From positions 1-51,868 of the forward strand of contig JBJXGJ010000197.1 in NCBI GenBank assembly GCA_046153805.1: a stretch of DNA of 51,868 nucleotides, read 5' to 3'. Origin of the DNA: Ferruginibacter sp. GTDB lineage: Bacteria > Bacteroidota > Bacteroidia > Chitinophagales > Chitinophagaceae. The first letter of the stretch is position 1. Each line of letters opens with the position of its first letter. The translations under genes were made by a program, and so were the position numbers. Under the pieces are notes generated by a model. The model was given only the letters and a program-made list of their open reading frames with translations, had not been told where the DNA came from and made no database searches. Positions 29,901-38,898 of this stretch are shown here, one piece after another.

Positions 29901-31940
29901 ATGGCACATCACCATAAATACGATAAAAACGGCAAGCAACTTTGTTGTACCCAGCAAGAAAAAATTTATACCAATGCAGGTGCAAAACATTTATTAAAAG
30001 AAGGGCATACAGCACATGACGGACACGACCACGAACATGAAGAAGGCGATGGACATGACCACGAAAATAGCAATCAAACAACGCTGCAAATGTTTACGCC
30101 ACCTATCATAAGTTTGGCTCTGTTGCTTGTTGCAATTGCGTTTGATTATTATGTAAAACCCGATTGGTTTACAGGTTGGGTACGCATTGTATGGTATGCA
30201 GTCGCTTACATACCAGTAGGTTTTCCAGTAATGAAAGAAGCCTTTGAAAGCATTCGCAAAGGCGAAATATTTTCAGAGTTTTTATTGATGTGTATTGCAA
30301 CAATCGGTGCGTTTTCTATTGGCGAATATCCCGAAGGTGTGGCAGTAATGTTGTTCTATGCAATTGGCGAAGTGTTTCAAACATTGGCAGTAAAAAGAGC
30401 AAAGGCAAACATAAAAACTTTGCTTGACCAGCGTCCAGACGAGGTAACCATTTTAGAAAATAATCAACCAAAAACAGTTAAAGCTGAAGGCGTAAGCATT
30501 GGCGACATCATACAATTAAAGTCAGGTGAAAAATTAGGATTGGATGGAGAGTTGATTTCCGAAACAGCATCATTCAACACCGCAGCACTCACAGGCGAAA
30601 GCAAGCCCGACACTAAAACCAAAGGCGAAACCGTGTTGGCAGGTATGATAAACCTGAACACAGTTGCACAGGTAAAAGTTACCACCGCTTACACCGATAG
30701 TAAACTTTCGAAAATTTTAGAATTAGTACAAAACGCCACCGCACAAAAAGCACCAACTGAATTATTCATTCGCAAGTTTGCAAAAATCTACACCCCTATT
30801 GTTGTGGTATTGGCAATACTTATTTGTATAGTCCCAATGTTATTTTTAAGCGATTATGTTTTTAGAGAATGGTTATACAGGGCTTTAGTTTTCTTAGTTA
30901 TCAGTTGCCCTTGTGCATTGGTAATTTCAATTCCGTTAGGATATTTTGGCGGCATTGGTGCAGCCAGTAAAAACGGAATACTATTCAAAGGCAGCAACTT
31001 TTTAGATGTTATTTCCAAAATACAAAACGTAGTGATGGATAAAACTGGCACTATGACTGAAGGCGTTTTTAAAGTACAGGAAGTAAGCATCAAACCCGAA
31101 TTTAATAAAGATGAAATGCTGGCAATGGTAAATGCTTTGGAATCCCAAAGTACCCATCCCGTTGCAACAGCCATTCAACAGCACGTTGGTAATATTAACA
31201 CCTCAATAAAATTAAATGCAGTAGAAGAAATAGCAGGGCATGGATTGAAAGCCGAAGTAAACGGCAAAGAGTTATTAGTAGGTAATTTTAAATTGATGGA
31301 TAAATTTTCCATCAAATACGATATTGACCCATCAACGATAGTGTACACTTTAATTGCCATTGCTTACGATAAAAAATTTGCAGGCTACCTCACTATTGCA
31401 GATAGCATCAAAGAGGATGCACAAGAAGCCGTAAACAAACTGCACAGCATGAATGTAAAAACCACCATGCTTAGTGGCGATAAAGCAAGTGTTGTGAAAT
31501 TTGTTGCAGATAAATTAGGAATAGATAATGCCTTTGGCGATTTATTGCCGGAAGATAAAGTAAACAAAGTAAAAGAAATTAAAGACCGAAACGAAACCGT
31601 TGCCTTTGTAGGCGATGGCGTAAACGATGCTCCGGTAGTAGCATTAAGCAATGTGGGCATTGCAATGGGTGGCTTAGGCAGCGATGCCACTATTGAAACT
31701 GCCGACGTAGTAATACAGGATGATAAGCCCAGCAAAATTGCAATGGCAATTAACATAGGGAAACAAACAAGAAAAATTGTTTGGCAAAATATTACCCTTG
31801 CATTCGCAGTAAAAGCAATCGTATTGGTGTTAGGTGCAGGTGGGCTTGCTACCATGTGGGAAGCAGTGTTTGCAGATGTTGGTGTAGCATTGTTAGCAAT
31901 ACTAAATGCTGTTAGAATACAGCGTATGAAGTTTGATTAA
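29901..31940 (+). CDS. Zn/Cd/Pb-type heavy-metal P1B ATPase (ZntA/CadA-like)
   Basis: His-rich N-terminus, TGES, SCPCAL, DKTGT, HP, GDGVNDAP, FADVG; ATG 29901. Confidence 0.93.
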   Translation: MAHHHKYDKNGKQLCCTQQEKIYTNAGAKHLLKEGHTAHDGHDHEHEEGDGHDHENSNQTTLQMFTPPIISLALLLVAIAFDYYVKPDWFTGWVRIVWYAVAYIPVGFPVMKEAFESIRKGEIFSEFLLMCIATIGAFSIGEYPEGVAVMLFYAIGEVFQTLAVKRAKANIKTLLDQRPDEVTILENNQPKTVKAEGVSIGDIIQLKSGEKLGLDGELISETASFNTAALTGESKPDTKTKGETVLAGMINLNTVAQVKVTTAYTDSKLSKILELVQNATAQKAPTELFIRKFAKIYTPIVVVLAILICIVPMLFLSDYVFREWLYRALVFLVISCPCALVISIPLGYFGGIGAASKNGILFKGSNFLDVISKIQNVVMDKTGTMTEGVFKVQEVSIKPEFNKDEMLAMVNALESQSTHPVATAIQQHVGNINTSIKLNAVEEIAGHGLKAEVNGKELLVGNFKLMDKFSIKYDIDPSTIVYTLIAIAYDKKFAGYLTIADSIKEDAQEAVNKLHSMNVKTTMLSGDKASVVKFVADKLGIDNAFGDLLPEDKVNKVKEIKDRNETVAFVGDGVNDAPVVALSNVGIAMGGLGSDATIETADVVIQDDKPSKIAMAINIGKQTRKIVWQNITLAFAVKAIVLVLGAGGLATMWEAVFADVGVALLAILNAVRIQRMKFD

Positions 31941-31989
31941 ATGTGACATTATACATTCTTTACAATCTTTGCAGGGTTTGCATTTTTTC

Positions 31990-32106
31990 GTCAGTTTACT
32001 GCCTTACTAATAAGTTTGCTTTGTAAGTCTGTAGCCTTACTTTTTTCTTTTATTTGTCATATTATAGCCGTACATTTGTCTTTGTTTAGTCAAACTATAA
32101 TATTAC
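31990..32106. promoter_or_regulatory. Four 18-bp quasi-palindromic operator-like boxes at 33-bp period overlapping a -7 promoter box
   Basis: GTCAGTTTACTGCCTTAC (31990), GTAAGTCTGTAGCCTTAC (32023), GTCATATTATAGCCGTAC (32056), GTCAAACTATAATATTAC (32089); TACATTTG at 32071-32078. Confidence 0.7.
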
Positions 32107-32109
32107 AAA

Positions 32110-32568
32110 ATGAGCAAGAAATCATTACAGATACAGCAATTAAACGCTAAAATGCTGGCTTTTGCTTCTTTGCAAAAGGTAGCCCAGCCGCCTACGGGAT
32201 GGATAAAGGCAATTCGTTCTGCCGTAGGCATGTCCATGCAACAATTGGGCAGTAAACTTTCTATTACAAAACAAAGTGTGCAGGATATAGAAAAAAGGGA
32301 AAAAGACGGCTCAATTTCCATTAAATCACTTAGGGAAGCAGCAAGGGTTTTAGATATGCAACTGATTTATGGTTTTGTGCCTAATGATGGTTCTTTGGAA
32401 TTATTGATTGAACGGAAAGCAAAGGAACTGGCTACACAAATAGTATTACGAACTTCCAACACTATGAAATTGGAAGACCAGGAGAATACAAAAAGCAGGA
32501 TAGAAAAAGCGATACAGGAAAGGGCAACCATCATTAAAAACGAAATGCCTAAAATTTTATGGGATTAA
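32110..32568 (+). CDS. Mobile mystery protein A (XRE-family HTH)
   Basis: PPTGWIKAIRSAVGMSMQQLG..LSITKQSV..IEKRE, TMKLEDQ, C-terminal LWD. Confidence 0.88.
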   Translation: MSKKSLQIQQLNAKMLAFASLQKVAQPPTGWIKAIRSAVGMSMQQLGSKLSITKQSVQDIEKREKDGSISIKSLREAARVLDMQLIYGFVPNDGSLELLIERKAKELATQIVLRTSNTMKLEDQENTKSRIEKAIQERATIIKNEMPKILWD

Positions 32569-33155
32569 AACTGGAATACATTGACGGGCAAACCCCATTA
32601 GATGAAGATGAGAAGGAAGGGATGCTGATAGAAACCATTGCAACACGGGGTGAGTTAGACGAATTTGAACAACAGAATATTGAACAGGCTATACTATGGA
32701 CATTAAGGCGTTCATTTAAAACAGAAGAAGTTTTTACAGAAGATTTTTTAAGAGGAGTACATAATAGAATGTATGGCAATGTTTGGGCATGGGCAGGAGA
32801 CTTTCGTAAAACGAATAAGAATATTGGTGTGGATAAATGGCAGATACCAACAGAGTTGAGAAACTTGTTAAATGATACATTGTACTGGATGAACAACAAA
32901 ACTTATTCACCCGAAGAAATTACCATTCGGTTTAAGCATCGCTTAGTAAGCATACATTGTTTTCCTAACGGTAACGGCAGGCATAGTCGACTGATGGCAG
33001 ATATTATAATAGAGAAAATTTTTAAACTGCCTGTATTTACGTGGGGGGCTGCTAATTTGGTACAGCAGGGAGATACAAGAACTACTTATCTTAATGCAAT
33101 ACGGGCAGCAGATGCAGGAAACATAGAACCATTAATGGCTTTTGCAAGGTCTTAA
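32559..33155 (+). CDS. Mobile mystery protein B (Fic-domain protein)
   Basis: GQTPLDEDE, WAWAGDFR, Fic motif HCFPNGNGRHSR; overlaps upstream gene by 10 bp. Confidence 0.9.
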   Translation: MGLKLEYIDGQTPLDEDEKEGMLIETIATRGELDEFEQQNIEQAILWTLRRSFKTEEVFTEDFLRGVHNRMYGNVWAWAGDFRKTNKNIGVDKWQIPTELRNLLNDTLYWMNNKTYSPEEITIRFKHRLVSIHCFPNGNGRHSRLMADIIIEKIFKLPVFTWGAANLVQQGDTRTTYLNAIRAADAGNIEPLMAFARS

Positions 33156-33202
33156 TCAATATACCCAATGAATTAAAAAAGAAAACAGAAAAAATAGTAA
33201 TC

Positions 33203-35257
33203 ATGCAGCAAACACTTCAATTAAATATCATCCCATTTACAGCACCGGTACATGAGGCTGAATTTGCTTTTTACAAAGCAAGGCAAGATGGGTATTTCCC
33301 GATATTCAAAAATGATTTAGAAGGTCTGCTTGACGATAAGTTTACTGCTTTAGAATTATTAGAGTTGGAAAAACTCTATACCGATTTTCAGCCAGCCAAA
33401 GAAGATGCGATTACTATAAAAATCAATTTGGCAAATACACCACGTTTTGCAAACCATTATTACAGGCATCTTATCCGCACTTACTTCAAAGGCGTTGCAG
33501 ATATTATGCGGCAAAATTTTACAAGCGAAACAGAAGTATGGTTTCATAACCCCACAGCCAGCAATGCAAAATACAAAGTGTACAACCAGTTTACTTTGAA
33601 GGTGCAGCATAGCAGAGTTACAGAAGGTCCTGAATTGGTAGTGTCATTCGATGGTACAACAAAAGTGTACAACAAAAGCATAGCAGAGATACACAACTTT
33701 AAAACCGAATTATACAACTGGATAAATTGCAATGGAGAATTAAACAGGTGGAAATATCTAACAGATGAACAAAAGCTGAACCATGAAAAAAATTATCCTG
33801 TTATCAGCAATACATTAAAGCCTCACTTTGATATTGCTTTTGATATTCCCGACTTCAAAAACCGTTATCCAAAATACTACAACTACTTAAACGACTTTTA
33901 CAGCACCTACCTAAATACACAAGCATTTAAAGCCATTATTCCGCTGGCAGCGGAAGGATTTTACAAACCTAACGGTTTGTTAGTACAACGCATCAACGGC
34001 ACTTCAAACGAATTACAGTTTGGCAATGGTGTAGGTGTTGAGCCAAAGAGGGATTTGCGAAAACTAAAACCTTACAAGCCGGTTCCCAAACCAAACAATG
34101 TAAAATTCTTTTTCATCTATCATAAACCTGATAGGGAACATGCAGTAAAAAATATTTGGCAATACTTTTTAAATGGCTATACCGGGCAATATCCTTTTCC
34201 AAAGATGGAAGAATTTATCAGCCAGCCTTTTGAATTGGAAGATAACGGGAGTATTGCATTTGATAATATTGATGATGCAGTTACAGTAGTACAGAAAGCA
34301 ATAAAAAATAAAGACAAGCAACCCGATACAAAATATTTTGCAGTGTATATCAGTCCTGTTCCTAAGTGGGAGAAAGACCCAAAACGAAACAGCATCTACC
34401 ACCGCATCAAAGAAATATTATTGTACGAAGGCATTACATCACAGGTAATATTTAAAGAGAATATTGCTAAGTCAGCTTTCAATTTGTATCTACCAAATAT
34501 TGAAACCGCCATCTTAGCCAAATTGGGCGGTGTTCCATGGAGGCTTAAAAGAGATACTACAAACGAATTAATTGTAGGTGTTGGTGCATTTTATTCAGTT
34601 ACCCGTAAATCAAAATATGTAGGTTCGGCTTTCTGTTTTAATAATGAAGGCATCTTTAAAGGATTTGATTGTTTTGGTGCAAACGATACTGATAGCATTG
34701 CAGGTTCAATAAGAGAAGCAGTAGGCAAGTTCATCGCATCCAACTACAAAGCAACAAGGCTCATCATTCACTTTTATAAAGACCTTAGTAAAAAAGAACT
34801 CAAACCAATCATTGACACACTACATGCTTTAGGCTTACCAATTCCTGTAATAGTTGTTACCATCAATAAAACTGAAAGCAAAGAATTATTGGCATTTGAT
34901 ACAGACAGTGAAAAGCTGATGCCTTATAGTGGTACAATTGTAAAGGTTGCAACCAAAGAATATTTGTTATTCAATAACACACGATACGAAACAACATCAA
35001 CACCAACAGACAGAGAACATCATTTTCCTGTAAAGATTTCTTTCTTTAGTTCCCAAGCCGATTTGTTGGAAGACCCTGCATTGATAAACCAACTCATTGA
35101 CCAGGTGTATCAGTTCAGCAGAATGTATTGGAAAAGTGTAAGCCAGCAAAACTTACCGGTTACCATTAAATACCCTGAAATGGTTGCCGAAATATTTCCT
35201 TATTTCACACACGATAAGCTACCAGACCACGGTAAAGAAAGCCTTTGGTTTTTATAA
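33203..35257 (+). CDS. Long prokaryotic Argonaute (MID-PIWI), predicted catalytically inactive
   Basis: MID 5'-end pocket YHRIK...ITSQV...N...AKLGGVPW; PIWI elements LIVGVG, LIIHFYK, W...NLPVTIKYPE, terminal LWFL; catalytic Asp positions substituted. Confidence 0.9.
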   Translation: MQQTLQLNIIPFTAPVHEAEFAFYKARQDGYFPIFKNDLEGLLDDKFTALELLELEKLYTDFQPAKEDAITIKINLANTPRFANHYYRHLIRTYFKGVADIMRQNFTSETEVWFHNPTASNAKYKVYNQFTLKVQHSRVTEGPELVVSFDGTTKVYNKSIAEIHNFKTELYNWINCNGELNRWKYLTDEQKLNHEKNYPVISNTLKPHFDIAFDIPDFKNRYPKYYNYLNDFYSTYLNTQAFKAIIPLAAEGFYKPNGLLVQRINGTSNELQFGNGVGVEPKRDLRKLKPYKPVPKPNNVKFFFIYHKPDREHAVKNIWQYFLNGYTGQYPFPKMEEFISQPFELEDNGSIAFDNIDDAVTVVQKAIKNKDKQPDTKYFAVYISPVPKWEKDPKRNSIYHRIKEILLYEGITSQVIFKENIAKSAFNLYLPNIETAILAKLGGVPWRLKRDTTNELIVGVGAFYSVTRKSKYVGSAFCFNNEGIFKGFDCFGANDTDSIAGSIREAVGKFIASNYKATRLIIHFYKDLSKKELKPIIDTLHALGLPIPVIVVTINKTESKELLAFDTDSEKLMPYSGTIVKVATKEYLLFNNTRYETTSTPTDREHHFPVKISFFSSQADLLEDPALINQLIDQVYQFSRMYWKSVSQQNLPVTIKYPEMVAEIFPYFTHDKLPDHGKESLWFL

Positions 35258-35267
35258 ATAAAAAACG

Positions 35268-35828
35268 ATGAAGCTCTACATAAAAAATATGGTATGCAGC
35301 CGTTGCAAAATGGTGGTGAAAGCAGAGATTGAAAAAGCAGGCTTGCAGCCTGCATCAGTAGAATTGGGCGAAGTAGAATTAAAAGGTGAGCCAACCAAAC
35401 CACAATTACAACAATTAAATACATCATTAAAAGCATTAGGCTTTGAAATGATTGATGATAAAAAAATACAGACCATCGAAAAGATTAAGAATGCCATTGT
35501 TATATTAGTGCATCATACCGACCATGAAATAAAAACAAACCTATCTGCTTACATCACTTCACAAATCCATCAGGACTATAATTATTTAAGCAACCTGTTT
35601 TCCGAAGTAGAAGGCACAACCATTGAAAAGTATTTTATTACACATAAAATAGAAAAGGTAAAAGAGTTATTAGTGTACAATGAACTAACCCTATCTCAAA
35701 TTGCCGACCAGTTAGGCTACAGTAGCGTTGCTTACTTGTCTAACCAGTTTAAAAAAATAACCGGGCTAACACCATCCTACTTTAAATCGTTGAAAGAAAA
35801 CAAACGTAAGAACATAGAAGAACTTTAA
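35268..35828 (+). CDS. AraC-family regulator with N-terminal CxxC metal-binding domain
   Basis: IKNMVCSRC; LSNLFSEVEG; IADQLGYSSVAYLSNQFKKITGLTPS. Confidence 0.9.
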   Translation: MKLYIKNMVCSRCKMVVKAEIEKAGLQPASVELGEVELKGEPTKPQLQQLNTSLKALGFEMIDDKKIQTIEKIKNAIVILVHHTDHEIKTNLSAYITSQIHQDYNYLSNLFSEVEGTTIEKYFITHKIEKVKELLVYNELTLSQIADQLGYSSVAYLSNQFKKITGLTPSYFKSLKENKRKNIEEL

Positions 35829-35880
35829 ATCTTACAACTCTTATACAAAATTCCACAACAACAACGGCAATAGGGTAATC

Positions 35881-35888
35881 TAACTTTG
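35881..35888 (+). promoter_or_regulatory. Bacteroidota -7 promoter box for copper module
   Basis: TAACTTTG 16 nt before ATG 35905. Confidence 0.5.
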
Positions 35889-35904
35889 TGTCAAAGAAAA
35901 TACA

Positions 35905-36618
35905 ATGACACATACCTATAAAGTTACCGGAATGACCTGCGGAGGTTGCGAAGCAAAAGTAAAAAGCAATTTGCTCATGCTGCCCAATGTTACAGCAGTG
36001 GAAGTTTCTAAAGAAAAGCAATCAGCAACTATCACAATGGATAAGCATATAGCCTTATCAACTTTTCAAAATGCTTTGGATAAAAAATATACCATTGATG
36101 CGGCAGAACACAGCGAAGCAGCTGAACAGGCAAAAGGTTGGTTAGCCACCTACAAACCAATTTTGCTGATTTTTGGCTACATCACCACAGTTGCTATTAT
36201 TACTGCTACGCAGCATAATAGTTTTAACTGGATGCACGGAATGAACATTTTTATGGCGGGGTTCTTTCTTACATTTTCGTTCTTTAAAATGCTTGATTTA
36301 AAAGGCTTTGCCGAAAGCTATGCCATGTATGATATTGTGGCAAAAAAAGTAAAAGCGTGGGGCTTTATTTATGCCTTTATTGAATTGGCTTTAGGCATTG
36401 CTTACGCAACGGGCTTTCAGCTCTTGCTTACCAATATTGTAACATTCATAGTAATGTCAATAAGCATCATAGGTGTTTTACAAGCCATGTTCAACAAGCG
36501 TAAAATCCAATGTGCCTGTTTAGGGGCGGTTTTCAACCTGCCAATGAGTACTGTTACCATTATTGAAGATGCTTTAATGATGGCAATGAGTGCAGGTATG
36601 CTATTTGCCATAGCTTAA
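35905..36618 (+). CDS. HMA-domain + MauE/DoxX-like membrane protein
   Basis: GMTCGGC HMA motif; TM helices; CACLG motif. Confidence 0.88.
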   Translation: MTHTYKVTGMTCGGCEAKVKSNLLMLPNVTAVEVSKEKQSATITMDKHIALSTFQNALDKKYTIDAAEHSEAAEQAKGWLATYKPILLIFGYITTVAIITATQHNSFNWMHGMNIFMAGFFLTFSFFKMLDLKGFAESYAMYDIVAKKVKAWGFIYAFIELALGIAYATGFQLLLTNIVTFIVMSISIIGVLQAMFNKRKIQCACLGAVFNLPMSTVTIIEDALMMAMSAGMLFAIA

Positions 36619-36670
36619 ACGTTGATTTACACCAGTCTTTTAAATAGTAGTATCTTTATAACAGCAAAAA

Positions 36671-37117
36671 ATGAGTAAAGCACTTTCCATACAATTAAAA
36701 GCAGCCTTCCTGCTCATCATATTCAGCCTGAATATGTTTGTAGGCTTCGCCTGTGCCGTTGGTGTGGATATGGGCTTTAATACCACTCACTACCACGAAG
36801 AAGAAGCTACAGAAGTGCATGTGCATGCAGATGGTAAGAAACACCATCACGAAAAAGCAGAAGACAAACATTCGCACAAAGGCGGCAATGATGATTGCTG
36901 CAATGATAAAGTAATAAAACTTTCACAGGCAGATAAGGCGGTTCCGCAAACCGCAAAATTATTAAGCCCGGTATTTTTTACCGCCTTTGTTGTAACATAC
37001 TATAACATCAATATTTCTTACCCTTCGCAGGTAAATACTTCCAACAAATACTTTGTCCGTGGGCATCACCCACCCATTCCCGACATACGCATAGCAATCC
37101 AGAGCTTTCAGATATGA
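36671..37117 (+). CDS. His-rich/CC small protein, possible metal-responsive leader ORF
   Basis: N-terminal hydrophobic segment, His-rich tract, DDCCND, RGHHPP near C-terminus. Confidence 0.72.
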   Translation: MSKALSIQLKAAFLLIIFSLNMFVGFACAVGVDMGFNTTHYHEEEATEVHVHADGKKHHHEKAEDKHSHKGGNDDCCNDKVIKLSQADKAVPQTAKLLSPVFFTAFVVTYYNINISYPSQVNTSNKYFVRGHHPPIPDIRIAIQSFQI

Positions 37118-37194
37118 TTTGATTTTATGTTTTTCAGCATGAAGGGTAATGTTATGCCCTTAACTATTGTATTCAACATAAAAATTAAATCAGA

Positions 37195-37668
37195 ATGAAA
37201 AAGATATTTTTAATGCTTGCATTTATTGCAACAGCATTCACTCAAAACAGCTTTGCACAGGATAGCACAAAAACACAACCTGCACAATTACTAAATGCTT
37301 ATTACCAGTTAAAAGATAATTTGGTAAAGAGCAACGCAACATTGGCTGCCGCCAATGCAGATGAATTGGTAAAAGCCATTAATGGCACAGATAAACAAAC
37401 CGTAAATGATGATGCCAAGGCAAGCCTGTTAAAAGATGCAGGTGCAATTGCCCAATCAAAAGACATCAAGCTGCAAAGAGAAAAATTTGCAACCTTATCA
37501 AACAATATGTTTGAGTTGGCAAAAACTGTAAAGCTATCTGCCGACCCTGTTTATCAGCAATATTGCCCCATGAAAAAAGCATCATGGTTAAGCAATGATA
37601 AGGCAATAAAAAATCCTTACTATGGGAGTGCCATGCTTACCTGCGGCAGTGTAAAAGCAACTTTATAA
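37195..37668 (+). CDS. DUF3347-type secreted metal-binding protein
   Basis: YYQLKDNLV, QREKFATLS, YCPM..ASWLS...NPYYGSAMLTCG. Confidence 0.85.
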   Translation: MKKIFLMLAFIATAFTQNSFAQDSTKTQPAQLLNAYYQLKDNLVKSNATLAAANADELVKAINGTDKQTVNDDAKASLLKDAGAIAQSKDIKLQREKFATLSNNMFELAKTVKLSADPVYQQYCPMKKASWLSNDKAIKNPYYGSAMLTCGSVKATL

Positions 37669-37735
37669 TTTATTCACTTGCTTACAGCCTTTCAGTAACT
37701 GAAGGGCTAAAGGCATTATTTAAAACAAAATCAAA

Positions 37736-38341
37736 ATGAAAAATATAATTATTGGCATAGCAATAGCAGCCACAACTTTAGTAGCCTGCAATAGCGGCAA
37801 CAATAGAAATGCAGATACAAAACAAAATGCTGAAAACAAGGACACAGCTATAGCAACCCATCCGCAGGCAACAACTGATACAGCAGTTACACAAACAGTA
37901 ACCACATTTCCTGCCAAAGAAATAATTGCAGGCTACCTGCAATTAAAAAACGCTTTGGCAAAAGATAATGGCAAAGATGCAGCTACGGCAGGAAATACAA
38001 TGGTTGCAACATTGGCAAAAGTGGACATGAAAGGTTTATCCAAAGAACAGATGAAAAGCTATATGGATATAGCCGATGACCTGAAAGAACATGCAGAACA
38101 TATAGGAGCAAATGCAGGTAAAATAGAACACCAGAGAGAGCATTTTATAATGATGAGCAAAGACATGGCAGACCTCATAAAAAACTTTGGTAATGGCGGA
38201 CAAACCTTATACAAAGATTTTTGCCCGATGGCAAATGATGGCAAAGGTGCAACATGGATAAGCGAAGTTAAAGAAATAAAAAATCCATACTTAGGCAGCA
38301 AAATGCCTGATTGCGGTTCAGTAAAAGAAACTATTAAATAG
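37736..38341 (+). CDS. DUF3347-type lipoprotein
   Basis: Lipobox LVAC; YLQLKNAL, HQREHF, FCPMA..GATWIS...NPYLG.KMPDCG. Confidence 0.85.
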   Translation: MKNIIIGIAIAATTLVACNSGNNRNADTKQNAENKDTAIATHPQATTDTAVTQTVTTFPAKEIIAGYLQLKNALAKDNGKDAATAGNTMVATLAKVDMKGLSKEQMKSYMDIADDLKEHAEHIGANAGKIEHQREHFIMMSKDMADLIKNFGNGGQTLYKDFCPMANDGKGATWISEVKEIKNPYLGSKMPDCGSVKETIK

Positions 38342-38343
38342 CC

Positions 38344-38808
38344 ATGAACCGGATAAAGAAAATACTATTGGTTTTACTCATTGTATTTATTGCAATCCAG
38401 TTTATACAACCTGCCTACAATAAAAGTGAACAGGCATTACCAACAGATTTTGCAAAGGTTTTTGTTGTGCCCAATAATGTTCAAATCCTATTGCAAAATG
38501 CCTGTTACGATTGCCATAGTAATAACACAATTTACCCGTGGTATTCAAATATTCAGCCAATGGCATGGTTGATGGCAAGCCATATAAAAAACGGCAAAGC
38601 AAAATTGAATTTTAGTGATTTTGTTAGCAATAGCAACCGAAAGCAAATAAGTAAGTTGAAAGAAATTGCAAACCAAATTAAGGATGATGAAATGCCAATA
38701 TCTTCTTACAAGGCAATGCACAAAAACGCAAACCTTTCCAAAGAAGAAAAATCGTTAATCATGTATTGGATGAACAAAACAGCAGACAGCCTTTCAACAG
38801 GAAATTAA
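38344..38808 (+). CDS. Heme-binding (CxxCH) domain protein
   Basis: ACYDCHSNNT.YPWYS, LNFS, EMP. Confidence 0.85.
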   Translation: MNRIKKILLVLLIVFIAIQFIQPAYNKSEQALPTDFAKVFVVPNNVQILLQNACYDCHSNNTIYPWYSNIQPMAWLMASHIKNGKAKLNFSDFVSNSNRKQISKLKEIANQIKDDEMPISSYKAMHKNANLSKEEKSLIMYWMNKTADSLSTGN

Positions 38809-38898
38809 AAGCAATGCGTAAAATCAAACAAATATTAATCAGCATTTTTAAAGCAATCTTTATTCGCAAAAAAGATTGTTGCAAATAAAATTATTTAT

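Noticed and set aside
24304-31855. Many 60-165 aa minus-strand ORFs within the RND, adaptor and ATPase genes
   Set aside because: Antisense shadows of long genes with no independent motifs
31990-32106. Possible mini-CRISPR or guide array next to the Argonaute
   Set aside because: Repeats are only 18 bp and degenerate, spacers are 15 bp and T-rich, there are no cas genes, and the array overlaps a promoter; an operator array fits better
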